NCBI GenBank assembly: GCA_030650395.1
Contig: JAUSDY010000063.1
Coordinates: 6,855-70,854, forward strand
From: Acidobacteriota bacterium
Lineage (GTDB): Bacteria; Acidobacteriota; Vicinamibacteria; Vicinamibacterales; UBA2999
Length of the DNA stretch: 64,000 bases
Reading direction: 5' to 3'
Shown: positions 8,590 through 21,602 of the stretch, in pieces
Layout of the letters: each line of letters opens with the position of its first letter
Numbering within the stretch: position 1 is the stretch's first letter
The notes under the pieces: model-generated
Databases searched by the model: none
Told to the model about the DNA's origin: nothing
What the model saw: only the letters and a program-made list of their open reading frames with translations
Translations under genes and position numbers: made by a program

Positions 8590-8621
8590 CAAGCCCCCAA
8601 GCCCTCAAGCCCTCAAGCCCT
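8590..8621. repeat. Tandem octamer CAAGCCC(C/T), 4 copies
   Basis: Read directly; 20 nt upstream of the 2Fe-2S subunit start. Confidence 0.8.
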
Positions 8622-8640
8622 CGGGAGTATCATTCCCGGC

Positions 8641-9117
8641 ATGGCCACCATCAATCTGCGGGTGAACGGCAAGGCGCATACGGTTGACGTGGAGCCTTCC
8701 ACTCCCCTGCTCTATGTCCTGCGAAACGATCTGGATTTGTCGGGGCCGCGCTTCGGCTGTGGGCTGGGGCAGTGCGGTGCCTGCACCGTCTTGATCAGGG
8801 GCGAAGCGGTGCGGTCGTGCATCCGCCCGGTGTCGCAGGTGCAGGGCGCTGAAATCACCACGCTCGAAGGCCTCGCGCAAAACGGCAAGCTCCATCCGGT
8901 GCAGCAGGCATGGATCGACGAACAGGTCCCGCAGTGCGGCTTCTGCCAGAACGGGCAAATCCTCACCGCGAAGGTGCTGCTCGACAAGACCCCGAACCCG
9001 ACCGACGCGCAAATCCGCGAGGGCATGCAAGGCGCGTTGTGCCGCTGCATGACGTATTACCGCGTGCAGAAGGCCGTGCGGCTTGCGGCCGACACGATGA
9101 AGGGAGAACGCGCATGA
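8641..9117 (+). CDS. [2Fe-2S]-binding small subunit of a molybdenum hydroxylase (IorA/aldehyde oxidoreductase type)
   Basis: 158 aa; CGLGQCGAC and CGFCQNG...CRC cluster motifs. Confidence 0.9.
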   Translation: MATINLRVNGKAHTVDVEPSTPLLYVLRNDLDLSGPRFGCGLGQCGACTVLIRGEAVRSCIRPVSQVQGAEITTLEGLAQNGKLHPVQQAWIDEQVPQCGFCQNGQILTAKVLLDKTPNPTDAQIREGMQGALCRCMTYYRVQKAVRLAADTMKGERA

Positions 9118-11477
9118 GCTCCCGGCGCGACTTCATCAAATCGTCGGGCATGCTCGTCGTCGGGATTGCAGCGACGAACTCGCTTGCGGATGCATTCGTA
9201 GGGCCCCCCTTTATGGGGGGCCAAAATGCTGCGGGCCCGTATCCCGATCCCGATTTCCACCAGCTCGACTCCTGGATCGTCATCCGCCAGGACAACACCG
9301 CGACGTTCTTCGTCGGCAAGACCGATCTCGGCCAGGGCACCGGCACGGCGTTCCGCCAGATCATGTGCGACGAGCTCGACATCGCGTACGACAAGACCAG
9401 CTGCGTGATGGGCAGCACGCACAACACCGTCGATCAAGGCGGGTCCGGCGGATCCGATGCGTTGCAGACGGATGGCTATCCGATGCGCCGCGTCGCCGCC
9501 GAAGCCCGGCGTGTGTTGCTCGAGATGGGAGCGACCCATTTCGGCGTTCCCGTGTCTGCCCTCGCTGTGAGCGACGGTGTGATCTCCGTGCGTAGAGGCG
9601 GGTCTTTAGACCCGCCTACGCGTGGCGACAAACCTTTAGGTTTGTCGATCACCTACGGCGACCTGATCGGCGGCAGGAAGTTCAACGTCACGTTGACCGG
9701 CCGCAACACCGATGCGACCACGGGCGTTGCGCCGCTCAAGCCGGTGCAGGAGATGAAGAACGTCGGCAAGTCGCCGCAGCGCTACGACATTCCCGCCAAG
9801 GTTGAAGGCTCGCTGAAGTGGGCGGTGGACGTAAAGGCTCCGGGAATGGTCCACGCGCGCAACGTCAAGCCGCCGGTCGCCGGCGCCACGCTCGTCAGCA
9901 TCGACGAAGCGTCGGTGCGCGGGATTCCGGGGTTCATCACAGTGGTGAGCAAAGGCAACTACGTTGCGGTGGTGTGCGAGCGCGAGGAGCAGGCGATCCG
10001 CGCGGCGAGGCAGATCAAGGTCGACTGGAAGAAGCCGGCAACGGCGCCCTTCCCTGCTTCCGACGATCTGTTCACGTACATGCGCGCGGCGTCGCCCTCG
10101 TCTACTGGTAAACCAACTGAAATCGGCGCGACCGATGCCTCGTTCGCCAGTGCGGCCACGGTGATCGAAGCCGAGTACGACGTGCCGTTCCAGGGCCACA
10201 CCGCGATCGGCCCGGCGCATGCGATGGCCGATCCGTCGAACGATCAGCTCACCATCTACACCAACGACATGAAGTCGTACGGCATGCGCAACGGCGTCGC
10301 CGAGTTCCTCAAGATGCCGCGCGACCGCGTCCGCGTCGTCTGGATGGAAGGGCCGCAAGGCTACGGCCGCACCGCGGCGGACGATGCGGGGTTTGAGGCG
10401 GCGTATCTGGCAAAGGAGATCGGCCGTCCGGTGCGGGTGCAGTGGAGCCGGCAGGAAGAAACGGCGTGGGACACCAAGGGTCCGGCGTATGCGTTCAAGA
10501 TGCGCGGCGGCCTCGATGCCCAGGGCAACGTCGTCGCGCTCCACTACGACGCGTGCGCTGCAGATCACAATCATCTTGGCTACAACGAACACGAGACTGT
10601 TCTGATCTCGCAGCTGATGGGCATCCGGAAAGCGACGCCCTCGCCCGGACGTGCGTCGCTGCCGTCGGACATGTACGTGATTCCGAACCGCAAGCAGACG
10701 ACGAGGGTGGTGCCGCTGCCGATGCCGTTCGAGACGCCTCTTCGTACCGGCAACCTGCGCGACCCCGATGGTCCGCAGGTAACGTTTGCGGCGGAGAGCT
10801 TCATCGACGAGCTCGCCGTCGCGGCGAAGGCGGACCCGGTGGCGTTCCGCTTGAAGATGTTGCAGGCGAGCACGGGCGACGACAGCGGCTTCAAGCGCGC
10901 GCGCTCGATCGTGTGCATCAAGGCGGCGGCGGAGAAGTTCGGCTGGGACCCGCGCCCTTCACCGAAGGTGCCAGTTGGTGGAGACAAACCTTTAGGTTTG
11001 TCTGAAGATATTCTCACCGGCCGCGGCATCGCGTATGCGTACCGCAGTCAGACCGTGGTCGCCGAGATCGCCGAGGTCGAGGTCAATCGCAAGACCGGCC
11101 GCGTCTGGGTGAAGCGCCTGGTGATCGCGCACGACTGCGGGCTGGTGATCAACCCGGCCGCGCTCACGCGCGTGATCGAGTGCGGCGCGCTTTATGGTCT
11201 GAGCCGGGCGCTCCACGAGGAAGTGAAGTTCGACACCGAGAAGGTCACGAGCGTGGACTGGGTGACGCATCCGACGCTGACGCATGCGGATACGCCGGAG
11301 CGAATCGATGTGGTGCTGGTGAATGGGGACCCGAACCCGAACCGGCCCGACCTGCAGCACTACGGCGCCGGCGAGACGATGTGCAAGCCGATGCTGGCGG
11401 CGGTGGCGAACGCGGTATTTGATGCGACGGGAACCCGCTTGAGACGCATACCCCTTAGCCTCCCGCGTCCTGTTTGA
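9114..11477 (+). CDS. Molybdopterin-binding large subunit (IorB/aldehyde oxidoreductase type), Tat-exported
   Basis: ATGA overlap with the small subunit; twin-arginine signal SRRDFIKSSG; 787 aa; carries four hairpin inserts (see repeats). Confidence 0.9.
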   Translation: MSSRRDFIKSSGMLVVGIAATNSLADAFVGPPFMGGQNAAGPYPDPDFHQLDSWIVIRQDNTATFFVGKTDLGQGTGTAFRQIMCDELDIAYDKTSCVMGSTHNTVDQGGSGGSDALQTDGYPMRRVAAEARRVLLEMGATHFGVPVSALAVSDGVISVRRGGSLDPPTRGDKPLGLSITYGDLIGGRKFNVTLTGRNTDATTGVAPLKPVQEMKNVGKSPQRYDIPAKVEGSLKWAVDVKAPGMVHARNVKPPVAGATLVSIDEASVRGIPGFITVVSKGNYVAVVCEREEQAIRAARQIKVDWKKPATAPFPASDDLFTYMRAASPSSTGKPTEIGATDASFASAATVIEAEYDVPFQGHTAIGPAHAMADPSNDQLTIYTNDMKSYGMRNGVAEFLKMPRDRVRVVWMEGPQGYGRTAADDAGFEAAYLAKEIGRPVRVQWSRQEETAWDTKGPAYAFKMRGGLDAQGNVVALHYDACAADHNHLGYNEHETVLISQLMGIRKATPSPGRASLPSDMYVIPNRKQTTRVVPLPMPFETPLRTGNLRDPDGPQVTFAAESFIDELAVAAKADPVAFRLKMLQASTGDDSGFKRARSIVCIKAAAEKFGWDPRPSPKVPVGGDKPLGLSEDILTGRGIAYAYRSQTVVAEIAEVEVNRKTGRVWVKRLVIAHDCGLVINPAALTRVIECGALYGLSRALHEEVKFDTEKVTSVDWVTHPTLTHADTPERIDVVLVNGDPNPNRPDLQHYGAGETMCKPMLAAVANAVFDATGTRLRRIPLSLPRPV
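9198..9222 (+). repeat. GTAG-hairpin micro-element A2
   Basis: GTAG GGCCCCCC TTTAT GGGGGGCC; in frame in the Mo-oxidoreductase gene (encodes VGPPFMGG). Confidence 0.85.
9592..9619 (+). repeat. GTAG-hairpin micro-element A3
   Basis: GTAG AGGCGGGTC TTTA GACCCGCCT AC; a GTAG box on both strands; encodes RRGGSLDPPT. Confidence 0.85.
9622..9647 (+). repeat. GTRG-hairpin micro-element A4 (GACAAACC subfamily)
   Basis: GTGG CGACAAACC TTTA GGTTTGTCG, 2 nt after A3; encodes GDKPLGLS. Confidence 0.85.
10978..11003 (+). repeat. GTRG-hairpin micro-element A5 (GACAAACC subfamily)
   Basis: GTGG AGACAAACC TTTA GGTTTGTCT; same frame as A4, again encodes GDKPLGLS. Confidence 0.85.
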
Positions 11478-11478
11478 A

Positions 11479-11967
11479 TCACTGCTTCAACGGTCCCAGA
11501 GGGCTCGGGTCGCACTTGGCTTCGACCGTGTACGCGCCGCCCGCAATCTTCCAGCCCTCATCGGTCTTGATCAGATCGAACGCATCGACGCCGCAGTGGC
11601 TGAACTTGCCGTCGATCCAGAAATCGTACGGCGTCCACAGCGTGGCAATCACGCCGCGGATGCGCACGTCGGGGTTCCATATCCGCTCTCGGCGCGCCGG
11701 CTTGATGCCGGCGAGATCCTTCAGATACTCCTCGTTCGTGACGGTGCGTGTCACCGTCTTGCCGTCCTGCTGACGCACCGCAAAAAGGCGGCCCTCGGCC
11801 ATCAGAGTGCGGCGTGCGCCCGCCACATCCCTAGCGGCCATGGTGTCGAAAAACGCCTGGACCGTCTTGAGCACGGCGTCGCGCTCAGCCGCCGGCGCGG
11901 GCTGGCCCTGTGCGAGCGCAATTCCACCCATATGGACCACCAGCAGCAGAACAAGCACAGCGCGCAT
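11479..11967 (-). CDS. NTF2-fold (SnoaL/DUF4440-like) secreted protein
   Basis: Internal ATG 11967 gives signal peptide MRAVLVLLLVVHMGGIALAQG; VLKTVQAFFDTMAARD... pattern. Confidence 0.7.
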   Translation of the reverse strand: MRAVLVLLLVVHMGGIALAQGQPAPAAERDAVLKTVQAFFDTMAARDVAGARRTLMAEGRLFAVRQQDGKTVTRTVTNEEYLKDLAGIKPARRERIWNPDVRIRGVIATLWTPYDFWIDGKFSHCGVDAFDLIKTDEGWKIAGGAYTVEAKCDPSPLGPLKQ

Positions 11968-12051
11968 CGGCGATTCCTCCGGACGAGAGCTTAACCCGCC
12001 TTCACCCATTGTCGATTTCATCTGGCCTCGAGCGACGTGTAAGTACGTCAG

Positions 12052-12107
12052 AACAGGAACTCAGAAGATCAGGAGAAAGTTTTCTCCTGATCTCGTGGAC
12101 TCCTGTT
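12052..12107. terminator. D-type long hairpin D2 downstream of the PEGA gene
   Basis: AACAGGA actcagaa GATCAGGAGAAA gt TTTCTCCTGATC tcgtggac TCCTGTT; outer 7-bp and inner 12-bp stems; 13 nt after the PEGA stop. Confidence 0.6.
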
Positions 12108-12120
12108 ACTTATCTGGCCG

Positions 12121-13035
12121 TTATGGCGTGATCGTCGTCAGCCGCTTGAGATCGCAGCCGGAGGGCAGCTTGAGATCCTGTGGCGGCACGTTGCCCATGT
12201 AACAACCGGGAATCAGGTACATCGTCCGGCTGCCGCTCGGCGCGGGTGGCGGCGCAAGCGCGGGCGGAGCGGCCGGCGCGGCCGGGAAAACGGGTGGAGG
12301 AACGACGCGCGTCGGCGCGATGCGATCGAGCGTGGCACGATACACGATGGTCCGCTCGGACACGATCTGCGCATCGATCGTCAGCGTCTTGTAACCGGGG
12401 GCGCGAAACTCGATGCGCCTCGAGCCGGGCTGCAGCTCGAGCTCGCCGCCAAGATCGGCCGGCGTGCCGAGGTATGCGCCATCGACGAACACTTGCAGGA
12501 TGTCGGCAGGCTCAACCTCGAGGCGGAGCCGTCCCGTCATCGGTTCCGGCACGACCGTGATCACACCAGGAACGATGGTGCCCTGCGTGACCTGCGTCGA
12601 GGACCCGATGCTGCCCCAAGGGTACGGCTGCCCCACATAGATATACGAGGGGCCCGGCCATGGTCCGAATGGATTGCCAAACCCTCTCTGCTGGCCGTCT
12701 CTCCGCTGATCGTCTCTCTGGCGGCCGTCTCTCTGTTGGCCGTTCTGTTGCCAGCCTTGCTGCTGCCAATCTCTTTGCTGCCACTCTCTCTGTTGCCAGT
12801 CTCGCTGGTGCCCGTCGCGCTGTTGCGGGCCTCGCTGTTGTCCTGTGTTGCCGCGCCTGGATTCATCGGCGGCTCCGCGGGGGGGCAAGCCGATCGACGG
12901 AAGCGGCAAGCCGAGCGAGGGCAACGGCTGGGCAATCGGCGCGACGGCGGATCCCCGCTGAACGGGCGCTACGTACTGCGCCGCGGCAATCGCGGGCACA
13001 CCGAGCAAGGCGAGGACGAGGCAGATGCCGCGCAT
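12121..13035 (-). CDS. Secreted PEGA-domain protein with Q/R/D/W tandem repeats
   Basis: Signal peptide MRGICLVLALLGVPAIAAAQ; LRLEVEPADILQVFVDGAYLGT...IEFRAPGYKTL is a PEGA module; central QQRDWQQREWQQRDWQQQGWQQ repeats. Confidence 0.75.
   Translation of the reverse strand: MRGICLVLALLGVPAIAAAQYVAPVQRGSAVAPIAQPLPSLGLPLPSIGLPPRGAADESRRGNTGQQRGPQQRDGHQRDWQQREWQQRDWQQQGWQQNGQQRDGRQRDDQRRDGQQRGFGNPFGPWPGPSYIYVGQPYPWGSIGSSTQVTQGTIVPGVITVVPEPMTGRLRLEVEPADILQVFVDGAYLGTPADLGGELELQPGSRRIEFRAPGYKTLTIDAQIVSERTIVYRATLDRIAPTRVVPPPVFPAAPAAPPALAPPPAPSGSRTMYLIPGCYMGNVPPQDLKLPSGCDLKRLTTITP
12682..12846 (-). repeat. Imperfect tandem repeats (about 12-15 nt units) encoding the Q/R/D/W-rich segment of the PEGA protein
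   Basis: Read directly: ctgttgccagtctc / ctgctgccaatctc / ctgttggccgttct type units. Confidence 0.7.
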
Positions 13036-13105
13036 GGGTCTTCACCTATTGTGCACCTTTTACACCTGTTTGAACCTCGGCTGTTTGGCCGTGCCAGACT
13101 GGAGC

Positions 13106-13651
13106 ATGCCTCACCCCGGCACCCCTAAAAGGGGTGCCCTACCGCCGCTGCGCGATCGGATCCGGCCGGGCGTGCGCGTGCTCTTCGTCGGCATCAACCC
13201 CGGCATCCGGTCGTCGCAGACCGGCCATCACTTCGCCGGCCCGTCGAATCGGTTCTGGCTATTGCTGTATGCGTCGGGGCTCGTTCCCGAGCGGCTCACG
13301 TTGGAGCATGACGATCGGTTGCCTGAGTTCCGGTTCGGCATCACCAACATCGTTGCGCGGCCGACGCCCGGCATCGATACGCTGACGCCGGCCGAGTACG
13401 TCGAGGGCCGCCTCAAGCTGCGCCGGAAGATTCTGAAGAACAAGCCGAAGGTCGTGGCGATGGTCGGCGTGACGGTGTTCCGCGCGATGTTTCCCGGGCG
13501 GAAAGACGCGGTGACCCTCGGAATTCAATCCGAGCGAATCGGAGAAACGGCGGTCTTCGTGTTGCCCAATCCAAGCGGACGCAATGCCAACTTCACCTGC
13601 GCGGAAATGCTGGCGGCGTTTCGCGGGTTGCGACGCTACCTGGTCAGGTAG
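13106..13651 (+). CDS. mug: G/U mismatch-specific uracil-DNA glycosylase
   Basis: Colinear by eye with E. coli Mug as I remember it: VLFVGINPG, GHHFAGPSNRFW, NIVARPT, VLPNPSGRN; first 20 aa include a hairpin element. Confidence 0.85.
   Translation: MPHPGTPKRGALPPLRDRIRPGVRVLFVGINPGIRSSQTGHHFAGPSNRFWLLLYASGLVPERLTLEHDDRLPEFRFGITNIVARPTPGIDTLTPAEYVEGRLKLRRKILKNKPKVVAMVGVTVFRAMFPGRKDAVTLGIQSERIGETAVFVLPNPSGRNANFTCAEMLAAFRGLRRYLVR
13118..13142 (-). repeat. GTAG-hairpin micro-element A6
   Basis: + strand GGCACCCC TAAAA GGGGTGCC CTAC; in frame in the mug N-terminus (GTPKRGALP). Confidence 0.85.
13636..13651. repeat. 16-bp palindrome CTACCTG-gt-CAGGTAG forming the whole mug/gltD overlap
   Basis: Both convergent genes terminate in it (TAG on each strand); the proteins end ..YLVR* and ..YLTR*. 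Confidence 0.8.
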
Positions 13652-15084
13652 TGATCAATGGCAGCGGCCGCGCGCCGGCCGTCGTCAATCGCCCAGACGA
13701 TAAGCGACTGACCTCGCTGCATGTCGCCGGCAGCAAAGACACCGGGAACGCTCGTCATCCATTGCTCATCGCGCGCGACGGTGCCGCGGTCGTTGATGCG
13801 AACATCGAGCTCGGCCAGCAATCGGCTCTTCTCGGGGCCGACGAACCCCATCGCAAGCAGCACGAGATCGGCTTTCATTTCGAACGCGCTGTTTGCAACA
13901 GGCTCGAAACTGACGCGGCCACCAGAGACGGTGCGCTCGACGCGGTGGCCGTGGAGCATGCGGACGTGTCCGCTGTCATCGCCAGTGAGCTCTGTAGTGG
14001 CAACGGCGTAGACGCGATCGCCGCCTTCTTCGTGCGCCGGCGACGTGCGAAAGACGTTCGGCCATAACGGCCACGGATTGTCGGCCGCTCGTTCCTGCGG
14101 AGGCGTGGGCAACAATTCGAGCTGGCTCACCGATGCCGCGCCCTGGCGATGCACGGTGCCAAGGCAATCCGCGCCGGTGTCGCCGCCGCCGATGATGATG
14201 ACGTGTTTGCCTTCGGCCCAAAGGGCATTAGCGGAGCTAAAGCTCCGCTCTACGGCACCGTTGTCGAGGTCATCGCCCTGGCAGCGGCGGTTTTGCTGGG
14301 TCAGGTATGGCATCGCGAAGTGGACGCCGTCGAGACCGCGGCCGGGCACGTTGAGATCGCGCGGCTGGCCCGCGCCGCCGGCAAGAAGAACCGCGTCGAA
14401 GTCACGCTGCAGGTCCTGGGCCGTCACGTCCACGCCGACATCGACGCGCGTCCGGAACACCACGCCCTCGGCCGCCAGCAGATCGAGGCGGCGATCGAGC
14501 ACGCGCTTTTCCATCTTGAACTCGGGAATGCCGTAGCGCAGCAGCCCGCCAACGCGATCTGACTTCTCGAACACGGTCACGCTGTGGCCAGCGGCGTTGA
14601 GCTGCGCGGCCGCCGCGAGGCCGGCCGGTCCCGAGCCGACGATGGCCACTTTCTTCCAGGTGCGCGTCGGCGGCGGCTGCGGAACGATCCACTCTTCGTC
14701 GAACGCGCGATCGACAATGGCGAGCTCGATTGACTTGATGGTGACGGGATCCTTATTGATCCCCAGCACGCACGATCCTTCGCACGGCGCCGGACACAGC
14801 AGGCCCGTGAACTCAGGAAAGTTGTTGGTCTGGTGCAGGCGCTCGATCGCCGCTCGCCACGAATCGCGGTAGACCAGATCGTTCCAGTCGGGGATGAGGT
14901 TGCCGAGCGGGCAGCCTTGGTGACAGAACGGGATGCCGCAGTCCATGCAGCGCGCGGCCTGGCGCGTCAGGTCCTCGACCGGATAGGCCTTGTAGACGTG
15001 CCGATAGTCGCCAATACGTTCGGCAATGGGTCTGGAGGGCTGTTTCACCCTCGAGAACTCTATGAAACCTGTGGCTTTACCCAT
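13636..15084 (-). CDS. gltD: Glutamate synthase (NADPH) small subunit
   Basis: 482 aa; CMDCGIPFC...CPLGN Fe-S motifs; GSGPAGLAAA dinucleotide fold; directly downstream of gltB. Confidence 0.95.
   Translation of the reverse strand: MGKATGFIEFSRVKQPSRPIAERIGDYRHVYKAYPVEDLTRQAARCMDCGIPFCHQGCPLGNLIPDWNDLVYRDSWRAAIERLHQTNNFPEFTGLLCPAPCEGSCVLGINKDPVTIKSIELAIVDRAFDEEWIVPQPPPTRTWKKVAIVGSGPAGLAAAAQLNAAGHSVTVFEKSDRVGGLLRYGIPEFKMEKRVLDRRLDLLAAEGVVFRTRVDVGVDVTAQDLQRDFDAVLLAGGAGQPRDLNVPGRGLDGVHFAMPYLTQQNRRCQGDDLDNGAVERSFSSANALWAEGKHVIIIGGGDTGADCLGTVHRQGAASVSQLELLPTPPQERAADNPWPLWPNVFRTSPAHEEGGDRVYAVATTELTGDDSGHVRMLHGHRVERTVSGGRVSFEPVANSAFEMKADLVLLAMGFVGPEKSRLLAELDVRINDRGTVARDEQWMTSVPGVFAAGDMQRGQSLIVWAIDDGRRAAAAIDHYLTR
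14231..14253 (-). repeat. GTAG-hairpin micro-element A7
   Basis: + strand GCGGAGC TAAA GCTCCGC TCTAC; in frame in gltD (VERSFSSA). Confidence 0.85.
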
Positions 15085-15122
15085 TGCGTGACAGTTCAGA
15101 GTGCAGAGTTAACAGTTAAGAG
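15085..15122 (-). repeat. E-type intercistronic spacer E1 (gltB-gltD)
   Basis: Coding strand after the gltB stop: CTCTTAACTGTTAACTCTGCACTCTGAACTGTCACGCA then ATG of gltD; no purine-rich SD. Confidence 0.75.
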
Positions 15123-19763
<4,641 letters not shown>

Positions 19764-19768
19764 GGCGA

Positions 19769-19793
19769 TCTCTCTGGGGACCTATTAGAGAGA
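19769..19793 (-). promoter_or_regulatory. 5'-UTR hairpin immediately upstream of the gltB start
   Basis: mRNA sense UCUCUCU-aauaggucccc-AGAGAGA, 5 nt before AUG; the purine arm is the only SD-like sequence there. Confidence 0.25.
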
Positions 19794-19855
19794 AACGCGA
19801 TGTATAACAAAAGCGCAATCTATTTATAAGAATTGTGCGTAAAAGTGATGGGTCC

Positions 19856-19915
19856 CCCTTCGCCAAGGCTTCCACCTCCGCCAAGGCTACGGTGGACAAG
19901 ACGGCGGGACAAGTC
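19856..19915 (-). repeat. C-type GC-rich element C1, begins at the glnK stop codon
   Basis: Minus strand tGACTTGTCCCGCCGTCTTGTCCACCGTAGCCTTGGCGGAGGTGGAAGCCTTGGCGAAGGGGG; internal direct repeat AGCCTTGGCG x2 and TCCACC/GGTGGA stem. Confidence 0.6.
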
Positions 19916-20273
19916 ACGAGTCGCTGTGTACCGGCGTGACGGCGTCCTGATCCTGCTCACCGGTGCGAATCCGGTAAATCTTCTCGATCGGCAGCACCAG
20001 GATCTTGCCATCGCCGACCTCGCCCGTCCTGGCAGCGCTCAAGATGGCGTCGATGGTCGGCTGCACGAAATGGTTCGAGACGCCGATCTCGAGCCGCACC
20101 TTCTCGGCGAGCGCCATCTTGACGCTGGTGCCGCGGTAGTTCTCGACGTGCTCGATCTCGCCGCCGTGCCCCTGCACCCTGCTGATCGTGACCCCGCGCA
20201 CGTCGGCGTGAAACAGCGCCTCGAGCACGTCGCTCAGTTGTTCGGGCCGGATGATCGCGACTATCAGCTTCAC
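19914..20273 (-). CDS. glnK: P-II nitrogen regulatory protein (GlnK/NrgB-like)
   Basis: 119 aa; MKLIVAIIRPEQL start; T-loop with conserved Tyr (ENYRG); 4-nt overlap with amtB. Confidence 0.93.
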   Translation of the reverse strand: MKLIVAIIRPEQLSDVLEALFHADVRGVTISRVQGHGGEIEHVENYRGTSVKMALAEKVRLEIGVSNHFVQPTIDAILSAARTGEVGDGKILVLPIEKIYRIRTGEQDQDAVTPVHSDS

Positions 20274-21559
20274 AGCCCGCCTCCACTCTCTGAGACAACC
20301 ACGTCGGCGACGCCGTGAGCGATCGACGCTTCCTTGGGTTTGACCAGGATCGCTCCGTCGCCGGCAGTGTACGCCTCTTCGCCGTGCTGGGTCACGTCGA
20401 GGCCGACGCCCTCGACGCGTCCGGTGATCCTGAGCGGCATCATCAGCGCGAGGACCTTGAGAATCACGAAGGTCGCACCGCCGCTATAGGCCAGCACGAT
20501 CAGCACGCTGGCAGCCTGCGTCAGCACCTGCCCCGGGTTCCCGTCGATAAGGCCGCTCGGGCCGCCGCTCCACGCCGCATCGGCAAAGACACCGGTCAGG
20601 ATCGCGCCGGTCGCGCCTCCCAAACCGTGGGCGGCGACGACATCAAGTGAATCATCGAGCTTGGTCTTGGCCCGATAGATCAGCGCAAAGTAGCTCGGAA
20701 TGGCGCCCAGCGCGCCCATGGCGATAGCCGAAAGCGGGCTGATGTAGCCGGCCGCTGGCGTCACGACCACCAGGCCGACGACGATGGCGGTGGCCGCGCC
20801 GACGGCGGTCGCCGCTCCTCCACGGAAGAGATCGAACATCGTCCACACCGCCAGCGTGGTGGCGGGCGCCAGCAGCGTATTCGTGAACGCCAGCGCCGCG
20901 GTCGGTCCCGCTGATAGGGCGCTACCCGCGTTGAAGCCGAACCATCCAAACCACAACAGGCCGGCGCCGAGCATGGCAAACGGCACGTTGTGCGGCAGCA
21001 TCGCGTGGCGGCCGTAGTCTTTGCGGGGGCCCACCACCACCGCCGCGACCAGCGCCGCCGTCGCCGCATTCACGTGCACGACCGCACCACCCGCAAAATC
21101 CAGCGCCCCCATCGTCGCCAGAAAACCACCGCCCCATACCCAATGGGCGACCGGCGCGTAGACGCCGACGACCCACAACAGGATGAAAGCCAGGTAGGCG
21201 TTGAATCGCATGCGCTCGACGACGGCGCCCGAAATGAGCGCGGGCGTGATGATCGCGAACGTGCCCTGGAAGGCCATGAACAGCAAGTGCGGAATCGCGC
21301 CGTGCGCCTCCATCCCGACTCCGCGCAGGCCGGCGAAGGCGAGCGATCCGATCGCTCCGTTGCCGGGCGCAAACGCGAGGGAGTAGCCGAGCAGCGCCCA
21401 GATGACGGCGACAGGGCCGAGCGCCACGAAGCTCATCATCATGGTGTTGAGCACGTTCTTCGAGCGCACGAGGCCGCCGTAGAAGAACGCGAGGGCGGGC
21501 GTCATCAGCAGCACCAGCGCCGTGGCCACCAACATCCACGCAATGTCCGCGTTATTCAT
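20270..21559 (-). CDS. amtB: Ammonium transporter
   Basis: 429 aa; Amt/MEP motifs AFFYGGLVR, DFAGGAVVH, GWFGFNAGS. Confidence 0.95.
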   Translation of the reverse strand: MNNADIAWMLVATALVLLMTPALAFFYGGLVRSKNVLNTMMMSFVALGPVAVIWALLGYSLAFAPGNGAIGSLAFAGLRGVGMEAHGAIPHLLFMAFQGTFAIITPALISGAVVERMRFNAYLAFILLWVVGVYAPVAHWVWGGGFLATMGALDFAGGAVVHVNAATAALVAAVVVGPRKDYGRHAMLPHNVPFAMLGAGLLWFGWFGFNAGSALSAGPTAALAFTNTLLAPATTLAVWTMFDLFRGGAATAVGAATAIVVGLVVVTPAAGYISPLSAIAMGALGAIPSYFALIYRAKTKLDDSLDVVAAHGLGGATGAILTGVFADAAWSGGPSGLIDGNPGQVLTQAASVLIVLAYSGGATFVILKVLALMMPLRITGRVEGVGLDVTQHGEEAYTAGDGAILVKPKEASIAHGVADVVVSESGGGL

Positions 21560-21602
21560 GACGATATTGAATAGGTAGAGGTGGTCTCATGTCCAATAGG
21601 TT

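Noticed and set aside
8590-8621. Tandem short repeats as possible CRISPR arrays (also 25314..25346, 41602..41644)
   Set aside because: The units are 7-8 nt and contiguous with no spacers, and no cas genes are present. These are microsatellite-like, not CRISPR.
21560-21602. Sigma-54 or NtcA-type nitrogen promoter upstream of amtB (and upstream of gltB, 19764..19855)
   Set aside because: I looked for TGGCAC-N5-TTGC and GTA-N8-TAC and found no acceptable match. Only a direct repeat CCTATT-N22-CCTATT was found, which I cannot interpret.
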